A DNA stretch of 61,268 nucleotides from an uncultured archaeon (GTDB lineage Archaea > Aenigmatarchaeota > Aenigmatarchaeia > QMZS01): NCBI GenBank assembly GCA_964547015.1, contig CAZJKT010000002.1, forward strand, positions 5,841-67,108. The letters are read 5' to 3'. Under the pieces are notes generated by a model. That model was not told the origin of the DNA. It worked only from the letters and a program-made list of their open reading frames with translations, and made no database searches. The translations under genes and the position numbers were made by a program. Shown here piece after piece: positions 36,056-46,089 of the stretch. Position 1 is the first letter of the stretch. The number at the start of each line of letters is the position of its first letter.

Positions 36056-36874
36056 ATGAATATCGCACCTTACCTACGACTTATTCGGATGCCTCATTGG
36101 TGGGTTTACTTTGGGGTTGGAATTTATGGTCTGATACTTGCAGAAGGGCTTTTACAGCCCGCCATAGCCATACTTTTCCTTCTTACAACCCTTGCTTTTT
36201 ATCTCGCATTCAGTTTCTCAATAAACGAGTGTTTTGATGTAGCCGAAGACAAACTAAACCCAAAAAAGAAAAACCCTATTGCAAGAGGAAAAATCAGTTT
36301 CAAGAAAGCATACATCTATTCAATCCTTTTGGCATTATCGGGGATGATTATTTCTTCATATTTCGGGTCCACAACCCTAATTTATGTCACTGCAATGGCG
36401 GCAATAGCCTATTTCTATTCCGCAACCCCTTTAAGGTTAAAATCAAGGTTCCTGCTCGACATCTTTTCCCACGGACTTTTCTTTGGAGCGATGATATTTC
36501 TTCTCCCATTCGTCGCCTTTGGAAGCCCAATCGGGCATATAAACCTTATAATTGCGGCAACAATATTTCATCTCTCCCTTATATGGGAGATACGGAACCA
36601 TCTAAGCGACTACGAATCCGACAAAAAAGCAGACCTGAAAACTACAGTCTGCGTCCTTGGAAAAGGGAAATCTGAAAAGCTTTTTTGGTGGCTGGTCGCT
36701 TTATATCCCGTCTCCTTATTATTATTTCTCACCGAAATACAGGGGATTCTAATTGCTATTTATTTAATCGCTACAATTGCATACTATTTCCGGATTTTCC
36801 TCAAAAAAGAGGTAAACACAGAAATATATGCGGGAGTGATTTACTGTGCGTACTTATTGAGCATTATTATCTGA
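36056..36874 (+). CDS. UbiA-superfamily prenyltransferase (paralog 1)
   Basis: The Asp-rich motifs NECFDVAEDKLNPKKKNPIARG and NHLSDYESDKKADLKT, in a polytopic protein. Confidence 0.6.
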   Translation: MNIAPYLRLIRMPHWWVYFGVGIYGLILAEGLLQPAIAILFLLTTLAFYLAFSFSINECFDVAEDKLNPKKKNPIARGKISFKKAYIYSILLALSGMIISSYFGSTTLIYVTAMAAIAYFYSATPLRLKSRFLLDIFSHGLFFGAMIFLLPFVAFGSPIGHINLIIAATIFHLSLIWEIRNHLSDYESDKKADLKTTVCVLGKGKSEKLFWWLVALYPVSLLLFLTEIQGILIAIYLIATIAYYFRIFLKKEVNTEIYAGVIYCAYLLSIII

Positions 36875-37077
36875 ACGGTGTAAGGATTTGGTCTCCAAAG
36901 ACACCAACAAATATAAGGATTAAAAAATTTAAAATATGCCTAATTTTCAAAATAGGTTTCACTTTATATATAGTGCCCCCTCCTACTTTAAAGCTCCGAA
37001 TGCTATTGCAATACATAACCAAAAATCCGCCCTAGAGGGGGGGTATTTAGACAAAATAATTTATCTGTCCGTATATT

Positions 37078-37935
37078 ATGAACATTTTCTCAAAATACCT
37101 CAAAGTCATCCGATTCGAGAACTGGATGAGTCACCTATTCCTCAAGGCCATCCTGGGCGCAGTAATTGCCGGCGGAACTCTCCCTGAAATATTTTTGGTA
37201 GGTATAATCTACTTCTGCGTCCTTGGGTATGGCTTTCTCATAAACGACTATTACGATGTTGAAATTGACCGCCGCCATCTAGGAAAAATGAAAAAAAAGC
37301 AGAATACCATTGCTTCTGGAATTATCTCAAAAAGAAAAGCCAAGGCAATTCTTGCCTTTCTCGCCGCAACCCCGCTTTTATTAAGCTATTATATGAGCCA
37401 AATCGGATCTATTATAGTTCTTGTTGGAATAATAAGCTTTAGCGCATATTCGGCAAGAGGAATCCGGCTCAAGGAAAGGTTTGGCTTAGATATATTTTCG
37501 CACGGAATAATGTTCTCTTCATACTTTCTTGGCGGTGTGCTTCTTATAACCTCAGAGATATCATTTGGTATTGCCCTTTTGGCCGCAATTATGTTTCTAT
37601 GGAGCCAGGTTTCACTAATTGTCCACCAACTTAAAGATTATGAAGAGGACAAAAAATCCTCAAAGCACACAATTATAAAAATAGGCCTCAAAAAAGGCTG
37701 GGTCCTATTCATGTCCCACCTTCTTCTTATGGCCTTGGTAACCGAAGCGGGAATATTTTTTGGGCTAAACCCTCTTTTGCGGCTTCTCAGCTTATTCTAT
37801 ATAGCTTATGTTATCAGATACCATAATTATTCTGATTTTGGAAATAGCGTTTCGAGAGCTAAAACCGCAGACAAAATATATTGGGAAACCGCTACAGTAA
37901 GCATCCTCGGGACAGCTCTCCTTATATCTCTTTAA
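37078..37935 (+). CDS. UbiA-superfamily prenyltransferase (paralog 2)
   Basis: NDYYDVEIDRRHLGKMKKKQNTIASG and QLKDYEEDKKSSKHT, in a polytopic protein. Confidence 0.6.
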   Translation: MNIFSKYLKVIRFENWMSHLFLKAILGAVIAGGTLPEIFLVGIIYFCVLGYGFLINDYYDVEIDRRHLGKMKKKQNTIASGIISKRKAKAILAFLAATPLLLSYYMSQIGSIIVLVGIISFSAYSARGIRLKERFGLDIFSHGIMFSSYFLGGVLLITSEISFGIALLAAIMFLWSQVSLIVHQLKDYEEDKKSSKHTIIKIGLKKGWVLFMSHLLLMALVTEAGIFFGLNPLLRLLSLFYIAYVIRYHNYSDFGNSVSRAKTADKIYWETATVSILGTALLISL

Positions 37936-37978
37936 ACGCCTGATTACTTAAATCATTTAGATAAAAATAACATTTATT

Positions 37979-38719
37979 ATGCAAGAGCGCCAAGTTGCAA
38001 GGAAGGCCGACATAAAAACCCTGCATATGGGGGATTATATAGTCCAGGAAGGCTTTAACCCCAACTATATTGAGGTGAATGGAGAGAAATACTCAAGGGT
38101 TGTCGTCCTTGCCGTAGTAATCGACAAATTTGTCTCTGAAGACGGAAATTATGCCGCCCTGACCCTTGACGACGGGACAGACACGATAAGGCTAAAGGCC
38201 TTTCAGGACCTAAGGATTTTAGATAAGGCGGAAAAAGGCGATGTAGTGGATGTTGTAGGGAAAATAAGGGAATACAATGAAGAAAGATATATTCAGCCCG
38301 AAACCATTGCAAAAATAGAAAACCCCAATTATGAAGTTTTAAGGAAGCTTGAGCTCTCTAAACTAAGCATTGCAAAAAAAGCCTCTTCAGGCTCAGTGAG
38401 TCTGCCTTCAGAGGCCCAAACACCCGAATATTCTAAAAGCCCTCCAGTTTCAGAGCCAAAAGAAGTTTTGGGATTAGAGGAAAATGAAGAGCCTCCAGAA
38501 GCCCAATTGCCTGAAGAGGCCGATGAAATTCAAGAGCCTGCAAAAAAAGAAGCTCTACCCAATCCGGAACAGGATATTATGATATCCCGCGCCTCAGATC
38601 TTGAAAAATCCCCGGCTACTGAATTTGTCGCCTCAGAGACGCAAAAACAGGGGAACTCTACCGAAAAAGAGCCCTCCCCCGAGAAAAAAGCTCAGGCCAC
38701 CCAAAAAAAGCTGGTTTAG
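37979..38719 (+). CDS. OB-fold (RPA-like) nucleic-acid-binding protein with an acidic Pro/Glu-rich tail
   Basis: YSRVVVLAVVIDKFVSEDGNYAALTLDDGTDTIRLKAF...GDVVDVVGKIREYNEERYIQPE resembles the RPA32/Stn1-type OB fold. The C-terminal half is low complexity. Confidence 0.45.
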   Translation: MQERQVARKADIKTLHMGDYIVQEGFNPNYIEVNGEKYSRVVVLAVVIDKFVSEDGNYAALTLDDGTDTIRLKAFQDLRILDKAEKGDVVDVVGKIREYNEERYIQPETIAKIENPNYEVLRKLELSKLSIAKKASSGSVSLPSEAQTPEYSKSPPVSEPKEVLGLEENEEPPEAQLPEEADEIQEPAKKEALPNPEQDIMISRASDLEKSPATEFVASETQKQGNSTEKEPSPEKKAQATQKKLV

Positions 38720-38755
38720 GGTAAGCAAGGGAATTTCAAAAAAACATCTAATTTA

Positions 38756-39712
38756 ATGAAGACCGCCTTAAGCATCATCTTTGGAATCCTGCTAATAGCA
38801 ATTATAATTTACGCCATAGGTGCAGAAGAAGTCCTAACGGTTATATCTCAGGCAGATATTGCCTGCCTTCTGCCCGCCCTTCTTGCAACCCCCCTAATCT
38901 GGGCGCTACAAAGCATAAGGCTAAAAATGATTTTAGACCTGCAAAAATATCAGGTTTCCCTAAAGGACACCGCAAAAATCCATATTGCAAGCGTAATTGT
39001 AAGCGCGCTTACCCCTTTTATAAAAGTCAGCGGAACCCCCCTCAAAATATTTGCCCTCACCCGAAGAAACATTCCCGCATCAAGGGCATTTGCGTCAGTT
39101 ACCGCCGAAGCCCTTCTTGATGCCTTCCTTTTTATCGCAGTATTCACTCTCCTTTTGGCAGGAATTTATTTTGAAGGCCCTCTTCCAAGCCAGCTACTAT
39201 ATATTGGCGCTTCAATCAGCCTTGCCCTACTCATAGCAGCCCTTTCTCTACCAAAGATTTTTTCAAGAAAAAATCTGGAAAATCTCCTCAAATTTATCGC
39301 AAAAAGATATCCTAATCTTCGCCCGGAACAGGACTCAAAAAATTTCCGCCTGACAGTATCCCGTGTAATAAAAGACCGAAAAATTATAGCCGCGTCTGCG
39401 GCGGTCTCAACCGCAACCTGCATCATTGACCTTGCAAGAATATGGCTTATACTCTCAGCCTTAGGCATATCCGCAGGCCTGACTCTTGTAATTGCGGCAT
39501 GGATAGCAATAATGGCCTTAGCATCAGTGCCGGGGCTTCCCGGCGGGCTTGGGATAGTTGAAGGGGGAACCGCCTCTTTTATGGCTTTTTTAGGAGTCCC
39601 TCCTGCGGCCGCCCTTTCTTTTGCAATAATCGACCGGCTGGTAAGCATTTGGCTTCCGATGCTGCTTGGGATTCCGATTACCGCAAATCTTGACCTTAAG
39701 AACAAAGTATAG
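38756..39712 (+). CDS. UPF0104 / lysyl-PG-synthase-TM-region family (flippase-like) membrane protein, paralog 1
   Basis: The polytopic topology and the VPGLPGGLGIVEGG motif fit this family. Confidence 0.55.
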   Translation: MKTALSIIFGILLIAIIIYAIGAEEVLTVISQADIACLLPALLATPLIWALQSIRLKMILDLQKYQVSLKDTAKIHIASVIVSALTPFIKVSGTPLKIFALTRRNIPASRAFASVTAEALLDAFLFIAVFTLLLAGIYFEGPLPSQLLYIGASISLALLIAALSLPKIFSRKNLENLLKFIAKRYPNLRPEQDSKNFRLTVSRVIKDRKIIAASAAVSTATCIIDLARIWLILSALGISAGLTLVIAAWIAIMALASVPGLPGGLGIVEGGTASFMAFLGVPPAAALSFAIIDRLVSIWLPMLLGIPITANLDLKNKV

Positions 39713-39753
39713 GCATTCTGCAAAAGCTTATTTCAATATTTTCTCAATTTCTT

Positions 39754-40737
39754 ATGAAGACTTTGGCCGGGATTTTGGCAGGGCTGGTTTTGCTTCTGGC
39801 AGTATTCCATTTAATAGGGTTTTCCTCTGTTGCTTTAGCCTTGTCTGAGGCAAGCCCAATCGGCCTGTTATCTGCGCTTGGGATAAGCCTTTCAATCATT
39901 CTCCTCCACTCCTACCGCCTAAAGCTGATATTAAGGGCGCAAAAATATAAGCCTGCCTTTTGGAATGTGGCAAAAATACATGCGGCAAGCAACACGGTAA
40001 ATATGCTTACACCTGTAGTAAAGGTTGGGGGAATTCCATTAAAGGTGCATTACCTTTCAAGAAGCAACATCCCCCCGGCGCTTTCCTGCGCATCTGTTGT
40101 CGGGGAAATTGCGATAGAGACTTTCTCTTTTTATTTTACCTTTGCATTTCTCCTAATCGCCCTCCTGGTCTCAAACCAACTTCCGGATATTTATATTTAT
40201 CTCGGGTTTTTGGCAGTTCTCGCCGTAATTATCGGAGCCTTTACATCCGCAAGAGTGCTTTTTTCCCAAAAAAGGCTTGAGAGGTTTACAAGAAATTTCC
40301 TTATGAAATTCGCAACAGTTGACGCAAAGTCAGCCTCAAAAATCTTCAACTGCAGCGTAAGGTCCTTTTTAAAAGATAGGGAATTGTGCGCAAAGGTTAT
40401 TACTATTTCCTTTTTTTGTAGGCTGCTTGAATTTGCGAGAATATATCTTGTGTTTATGGCTCTCGGCTTTCAGGCGGGGCTTGCAATAGTTCTGACCGTC
40501 TGGGTGGTTGAGAGCTTTCTTTCGGGAATTCCCTGGCTTCCCGGCGGGATGGGGCTTGTAGAGGGGGGGGCAATTTCACTTCTGGTCCTGCTCAATCTCC
40601 CTTTAGCGGTCGCATCAGCCTTTATATTGCTTGACCGGATTATAGGGCTTTGGGTCCCAATCATTATCGGCGCATTTGCCGCCGCAAGCCTCAGAAAAAA
40701 AGGGGTAAATCTTCGCATGGAAGACGAAATGAGATAG
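39754..40737 (+). CDS. UPF0104 / flippase-like membrane protein, paralog 2
   Basis: IPWLPGGMGLVEGG, with the same topology as the upstream paralog. Confidence 0.55.
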   Translation: MKTLAGILAGLVLLLAVFHLIGFSSVALALSEASPIGLLSALGISLSIILLHSYRLKLILRAQKYKPAFWNVAKIHAASNTVNMLTPVVKVGGIPLKVHYLSRSNIPPALSCASVVGEIAIETFSFYFTFAFLLIALLVSNQLPDIYIYLGFLAVLAVIIGAFTSARVLFSQKRLERFTRNFLMKFATVDAKSASKIFNCSVRSFLKDRELCAKVITISFFCRLLEFARIYLVFMALGFQAGLAIVLTVWVVESFLSGIPWLPGGMGLVEGGAISLLVLLNLPLAVASAFILLDRIIGLWVPIIIGAFAAASLRKKGVNLRMEDEMR

Positions 40738-40807
40738 TATAAGAGGGTTAAAAATGCGACAAAGCGGATTCTAAAAAATATTGCAAAACACTTCAGGGAA
40801 TTGCCCC

Positions 40808-41401
40808 CTAAAATACCAAAAACATTGTAAATGCAATCCCTGCCGCAACAATCCAAACAAGCTTATTATACCTTAAAACCTTTGAGCCGTCAAGAGGGGG
40901 AACCGGAATAAGGTTGAATAGCGCCAGCCAGATATTTATCCTTGCGGCCATTAAAAGAGTATTGCTTGTCCCCCCAAAAGCAAAATAGGCTATAAACAAA
41001 ACGGCGCCCAAGACAAGGTTTACAGCTATCCCCGCAATTGAAATCCTAAGCATTATAGAATCCAGCCTCTCGCGAGTTCCCGTAAATATACCCCTCTGCC
41101 TTATGACAACCGCTCCGGGAGCCGCAAAAAGAAACCCGAAAAGAGACGAGGCAACCGCAATCAGAATTCCCGTGGGCCACATTTCATAATTTGCCTTAAA
41201 CCCGTATTTTCTTGCGGCCTGCCGATGGCCAAATTCATGGGACAGAAAAGAAACCGCAACAATGAAAAGATACATCAGCATTAGGCTGACGGCAGGGATT
41301 CCGACCCCTTCAAACAGAAACATAAATGCCGCACTCAGGGCAATCCACGACAACAAAATATCATTAATTTCCTGCCTCTCCATAACTAAAATTATAATCA
41401 T
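40808..41401 (-). CDS. small M50-family (site-2 protease-like) metalloprotease
   Basis: HEFGH (HExxH) in a TM helix and NLIPVPPLDGSKV (the LDG motif). Confidence 0.65.
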   Translation of the reverse strand: MIIILVMERQEINDILLSWIALSAAFMFLFEGVGIPAVSLMLMYLFIVAVSFLSHEFGHRQAARKYGFKANYEMWPTGILIAVASSLFGFLFAAPGAVVIRQRGIFTGTRERLDSIMLRISIAGIAVNLVLGAVLFIAYFAFGGTSNTLLMAARINIWLALFNLIPVPPLDGSKVLRYNKLVWIVAAGIAFTMFLVF

Positions 41402-41410
41402 TGGTTAAAT

Positions 41411-42715
41411 ATGGATATTGGCGCGATAAGCTTCATTGCCTTTATTGTTGCGATGGGGCTTTTGGTTTACTGGAAGCGCGACAAGGTCGAAATCCACGGG
41501 CCTGTTGTGATGGCGCGCACAAAAAAATTCAAAAAAGACATTGAATCCTTTGCCCTGAAATATCGCGGGTTCTGGAAGATATATTTTAGTATTGGGGTTA
41601 TTGTAGCTATTCTTGCAGGGCTTTTGGGGACAGGCTATATGGTTTTCGAAACATATAATATTGTTTCAGGTAGCTCGGTCCCGACTTTAGGCTTGGTAAT
41701 CCCCTATCCAAGCTCTGAGGTTTCAATAAGGCCGGGACTTGTAACCCTTCCCCCATGGATTTGGCTAATCGCCATTATTATTCTCCTTATCCCACACGAG
41801 CTTTCCCACGGGCTTGCCCTTGCAATGAACAAACTAAAGATAAAATCCCTCGGCCTCATATCCTTCTTCATTATCCCCGGCGCATTTGTCGAGCCTGATG
41901 AAAAACAGCTCAAAAAAGCCAAACTTTGGAATAAGCTTCAGGTTTATTGCGCAGGAAGCTTCTCAAACATAGTTACCGCAATCCTGCTGATATTTGTGTT
42001 CCACGGCTTTATTGCCAGCTTCTATTCCCCTGCAGGAGCATACTATTTTATAGAAACCCGGGGGTTTGAATTGGAAAAATCGGATATTCTTGAGCTGAAT
42101 AATCTCTCCTCCGAGTGGATTGAGGTTGTCTCTAAAAACGGGACATTTCTGACAAACGAGGCAACCCTAAACGCTACCCTGAATAAGACCTACATTTTGG
42201 CCACAAAAGACCTTCCCTCGCTTAGAGGGGGAATGCCCAGAGGCGGCGCAATTCTCAGCATTGACGGGGTAAAAACTATTGGCCCAAAGGAAATAGATTC
42301 TGAGCTATCGAAGAGGCTTCCCGGAGAAACAATCCTTGTAGAGACAAGTTCAGGGGCCTATAATATAACTCTTGCGGACAGGAACGGAACAGGATATATC
42401 GGGATAAATATTGATAAAGGCAGCTGGATTTTTGGCGCGCTAAACCCGACAAATCGGCAATATTATGAGGTTAAAGAAGGCCGAAGTGAGCAGACAGCAA
42501 AATCCTTAGGCCTGCTCTTGTCCCTCACAATTGCAATATGCCTCGGCGTTGCAATATTTAACATGTTTCCGATGAAGCCCCTTGACGGGGGGCATGTCAT
42601 TGATGCGATTTTTGGGCAGAAAGCGGCAAAATACAGCAGTATCGCAATATTTATCATGGTTCTTTTAAGCTTGGGGGCCGCTTTGCTTATAAATTTTGGA
42701 ATTATGATTTTTTAG
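41411..42715 (+). CDS. M50-family site-2 protease with a central PDZ-like insert
   Basis: HELSHG, ...FNMFPMKPLDGGHV, and a soluble insert between the TM blocks. Confidence 0.75.
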   Translation: MDIGAISFIAFIVAMGLLVYWKRDKVEIHGPVVMARTKKFKKDIESFALKYRGFWKIYFSIGVIVAILAGLLGTGYMVFETYNIVSGSSVPTLGLVIPYPSSEVSIRPGLVTLPPWIWLIAIIILLIPHELSHGLALAMNKLKIKSLGLISFFIIPGAFVEPDEKQLKKAKLWNKLQVYCAGSFSNIVTAILLIFVFHGFIASFYSPAGAYYFIETRGFELEKSDILELNNLSSEWIEVVSKNGTFLTNEATLNATLNKTYILATKDLPSLRGGMPRGGAILSIDGVKTIGPKEIDSELSKRLPGETILVETSSGAYNITLADRNGTGYIGINIDKGSWIFGALNPTNRQYYEVKEGRSEQTAKSLGLLLSLTIAICLGVAIFNMFPMKPLDGGHVIDAIFGQKAAKYSSIAIFIMVLLSLGAALLINFGIMIF

Positions 42716-42824
42716 CTTACCAGTCATTCTTTTGCTCAATTGACTGATTTGGCAATATTAGCTCCGGATTAACCTGTGTATATCTTATAACCAAAATCAG
42801 CCCAAAACTAATCTCCGGATTAAT

Positions 42825-43280
42825 CTACCTCATCAAAAGCTCGGCCTTCTCATGCTTGTATTTCCAGCCTTCGGGAAGGGCCCCTTTTCGGACATAATAT
42901 TTTCCAAGGCGCCTGACTTTGGACTCGGTAAGCTGGAGCGCCCTTTTGTTGTGGTAGTCCATCTTATTATCCAAAAGGTGCTTTCTTAATTTTACCGCCT
43001 TTTTCATAAGGTTCATAATATCTTCGGGGTATTCGTCTTTTTGTCCCTCTGTCTCAAGGATACTTTTGAGCCTTTTGCCTGTTGTAAGCTTGATTGATGC
43101 AACTCCATACGCATCCCTCAAAATCTGGCCTATTTCCGCCATTTTTTTGCCGCTCTCCCTTAATTCAACAGCCTTTTTAGCCACATCTTTTTCTCCAAGG
43201 GTTTGCCAGTCAGGGGCCTTATTTCTGTATATTTTTTTAGAGCCGCTTTGCCCCTTCTTTCTTGCATACATTCGAGCCAT
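42825..43280 (-). CDS. rps15: ribosomal protein uS15 (S13e-type)
   Basis: MARMYARKKGQSGSKK...APDW and the C-terminal S15 helix bundle. The start is taken at MARMY. Confidence 0.85.
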   Translation of the reverse strand: MARMYARKKGQSGSKKIYRNKAPDWQTLGEKDVAKKAVELRESGKKMAEIGQILRDAYGVASIKLTTGKRLKSILETEGQKDEYPEDIMNLMKKAVKLRKHLLDNKMDYHNKRALQLTESKVRRLGKYYVRKGALPEGWKYKHEKAELLMR

Positions 43281-43437
43281 AAAATAGATGAGCAAAAATA
43301 TAAGTTATTGGTTTATTTGGTTTGATTTATAGCAATAAAGGTTATTTAACCCCAATCCGCCAAATAATTAGGCCCAAACCGGGCAAGCTGTCAGAAATTG
43401 CCTAAAAAATGCCTAAAAAAGCTTAACATCCCATATT

Positions 43438-44718
43438 ATGGGGCGAATATATTCAACTGAGGCCAAAAACCATTCGGATAAGGAAATTACCCTAAACGGA
43501 TGGGTAGATACTATAAGAGCCCTTGGAAAAATCAGCTTCGTCATCATAAGGGACCGATGCGGCAAAATCCAGGCGGTAGCAAAGGCCGACTCACCTGTAT
43601 TTGAGAAGATAAAGGGCCTTTCCCGGGAAGATGTGATTGAGGCCAAAGGGACAGTAAAGCTCAACGAAAATGCGGCGGGCGGCGCGGAAGTCCTTCTCTC
43701 CTCAATAGATATCCTAAACAAGTCCGAGCCCATACCCATTGAATTCTCGGGCAAAATAGAGACCAGCCTGTCAAAAAGGCTTGATTACCGCTACATTGAC
43801 CTAAGAAACCCCCAAAACAGGCTTATTTTTGAAATTAAGTCGAAAATCACAGGGCTTTTTTGCGAATTCCTCCACAAGCAGGGCTTCATTGAGATGCACA
43901 CACCAAAAATCGTCTCTTTAGGGGCAGAGGGGGGAAGCGAGCAGTTCCCTATCCTCTACTATGACAAGGAGGGCTACCTTGCCCAAAGCCCGCAACTCTA
44001 CAAGCAGTTAATGCAGGGGGCGGGATTTGAAAAAGTCTTTGAAATCGGTCCGGTTTATCGCGCTGAAAAAAGCCACACCGTCCGCCATATTTCCGAGTAT
44101 TGGGGCCTTGACTGCGAAATCTCATTTATCAAAAGCTATGAAGAAGTCATGGACCTTCTTGAAGCCGTAATCAGGTTTGCCCTCGACCGCCTGAAAGCCG
44201 AAAATATGGAGGATATCAAGTCTTTCGGAGTTGATTTCCCAAAATACAGCACGCCTTTCCCAAGGCTCACCCTTGAAGAAGCATTCAGCCTTATAGGCCG
44301 CCCTGCAAGCGACCCGACTCCTGAGGAAGAAAAATTGATAAGCCAGAAAATCCTTGAAAAATACGGCTCAGACTTCGCCTTCATCACACAGTACCCCGTC
44401 GAAGCAAGGCCTTTTTACACGCATAAAAACCCCAAAAACCCTCAGTTGACAGATTCCTTTGATGTTTTTTTCAGGGGGATTGAAATCACAACCGGCGGGC
44501 AAAGGGAACACAGGTCAGAATTTCTCGAACTCCAGGCCAAAGAAAAAAACATTTCCATAAGCTCACTTTCCTCATATATGGAAGCCTTTAAGTACGGCAT
44601 GCCGCCTCACGGGGGTTTCGGGCTTGGAATAGAGCGGTTTGTAATGCAGCTTTTGGGAATTGAAAACATCAGGGAAGCCGTCCTTTTCCCAAGGGACACC
44701 GAACGGCTGACACCTTAG
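43438..44718 (+). CDS. aspS: aspartyl-tRNA synthetase, archaeal type
   Basis: OB-fold LNGWVDTIRALGKISFVIIRD, motif 2 YRAEKSHTVRHISEYWGLDCE, and motif 3 GGFGLGIERFVMQLLG..NIREAVLFPRD. Confidence 0.85.
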   Translation: MGRIYSTEAKNHSDKEITLNGWVDTIRALGKISFVIIRDRCGKIQAVAKADSPVFEKIKGLSREDVIEAKGTVKLNENAAGGAEVLLSSIDILNKSEPIPIEFSGKIETSLSKRLDYRYIDLRNPQNRLIFEIKSKITGLFCEFLHKQGFIEMHTPKIVSLGAEGGSEQFPILYYDKEGYLAQSPQLYKQLMQGAGFEKVFEIGPVYRAEKSHTVRHISEYWGLDCEISFIKSYEEVMDLLEAVIRFALDRLKAENMEDIKSFGVDFPKYSTPFPRLTLEEAFSLIGRPASDPTPEEEKLISQKILEKYGSDFAFITQYPVEARPFYTHKNPKNPQLTDSFDVFFRGIEITTGGQREHRSEFLELQAKEKNISISSLSSYMEAFKYGMPPHGGFGLGIERFVMQLLGIENIREAVLFPRDTERLTP

Positions 44719-44772
44719 GAGCAAATCCGCTAAAAAGTATTAATAGTAAAAATATTAAATATAGTATAGGTT

Positions 44773-46089
44773 ATGCCTAAAAAAACTCAAAATGATAAAA
44801 AAATTGTTGGAAAGAATCCGGCCGAAAAAGAAAAAAACCCTGAGAGAGAGAATAAAGGCAAAATTGCGAAACCTAAGGCGCAAAAAGTAGCCGCCCCAAA
44901 ACCCGCCGCAAAGGCAAAAAAGCCCCTTTCACCTAAGCAGAAAGAGGCTGTTAAGAAAAAGATTTTTGAAAAAGCCGAAACCTTCAAAAAAGAAATCCTA
45001 AAGCGCTACAAGGACCTTATAAAAACGGTATTTGTATTCGGCTCTTACTTAAGGAACGACTTTACCGCAGAAAGCGATCTCGATGTGCTTATCCTTTTAG
45101 ATGACACAAAAATGCTTATTACCCCGGAATTCAAAAACAAGATAACCCAGGATGCCTACCAGATCGCAAAAAACACAGATCCTCTTTTGCATGTCCAGCC
45201 TGCATGGACAGTAACAGAATTCTGGGACATGGTCAGGCTATCCCATCCCCTTTTGCACACTGTCCTTAGGGACGGCTGGGCGCTCTACGACGAGGGTTTC
45301 TTCATACCTATGAAAAAGCTTCTTGAAAGGGGAAAAATCCCCGCAAGCCTTGAGGCAATTGAGCTTTTGATGGCCTCGGCCCCCCAAAAAATTGAAAGGG
45401 CGCGAAGCGTAAAGCTCTACCAGATATCCGAGGACTGCTACGGGGCAATGCTTAACTCAAGCCAGGCTGTCCTGATGTACTTAGGCAAGCCCGTTCCGGA
45501 CCCTAAAAACACCCCGCAGGCAGTAAAAGATTACCTTGTTGACACAAAGCTCTTGCCCCTAAAATACTTCAAAATGCTTCAGGATGTGATAAAGCTCAGA
45601 AAAGACATTGAGCATAAGCATGTTAAAGATATTCGCGGAGCGGAAGTTGACCTGTGGATGAAAAAAGCGGAAGACTACTCAAACAAAATGCGCTCAATCT
45701 ATCAGGGGCTGCAAAACCAAAAGAAAATGGCAATAATTGACAGGAATTACGAAATTCTGTTAAAGTCCACCATATACACACTCAAGAAAATGGAAAAGTT
45801 GCCCCCAGACCCGAAAAACCTCCCTATGGCAATAAAGAATCACCTTATTAACAAAAATTACCTGCCAAAAAGCTACCTTGAAACTTTCAATAAAGTTGTC
45901 GGGATGAAAAAAGCCGCTGAGGAAGACCTCTCAAAAATCACGGAAAGGGATGTTGAGCTTACCCGAAGCTATGTAAAGAAATTTGTTGACATCCTCGACC
46001 AGATGGCAAAAATGGAGGGAGCTTCAGCCGCCCAAGCGCCCCCTATCCCTATTCCAAAAAAACCTGCAAGCCGCAAGGCAAAGAAATGA
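44773..46089 (+). CDS. nucleotidyltransferase (MNT/Pol-beta-type) fused to two HEPN-like helical repeats, with Lys-rich tails
   Basis: VFVFGSYLRNDFTAESDLDVLILLDD is the GS...DxD NTase motif. There is an internal duplication: GKPVPDPKNTPQAVKDYLVDTKLLPLKYFKMLQDVIKLRK versus EKLPPDPKNLPMAIKNHLINKNYLPKSYLETFNKVVGMKK. Confidence 0.5.
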   Translation: MPKKTQNDKKIVGKNPAEKEKNPERENKGKIAKPKAQKVAAPKPAAKAKKPLSPKQKEAVKKKIFEKAETFKKEILKRYKDLIKTVFVFGSYLRNDFTAESDLDVLILLDDTKMLITPEFKNKITQDAYQIAKNTDPLLHVQPAWTVTEFWDMVRLSHPLLHTVLRDGWALYDEGFFIPMKKLLERGKIPASLEAIELLMASAPQKIERARSVKLYQISEDCYGAMLNSSQAVLMYLGKPVPDPKNTPQAVKDYLVDTKLLPLKYFKMLQDVIKLRKDIEHKHVKDIRGAEVDLWMKKAEDYSNKMRSIYQGLQNQKKMAIIDRNYEILLKSTIYTLKKMEKLPPDPKNLPMAIKNHLINKNYLPKSYLETFNKVVGMKKAAEEDLSKITERDVELTRSYVKKFVDILDQMAKMEGASAAQAPPIPIPKKPASRKAKK

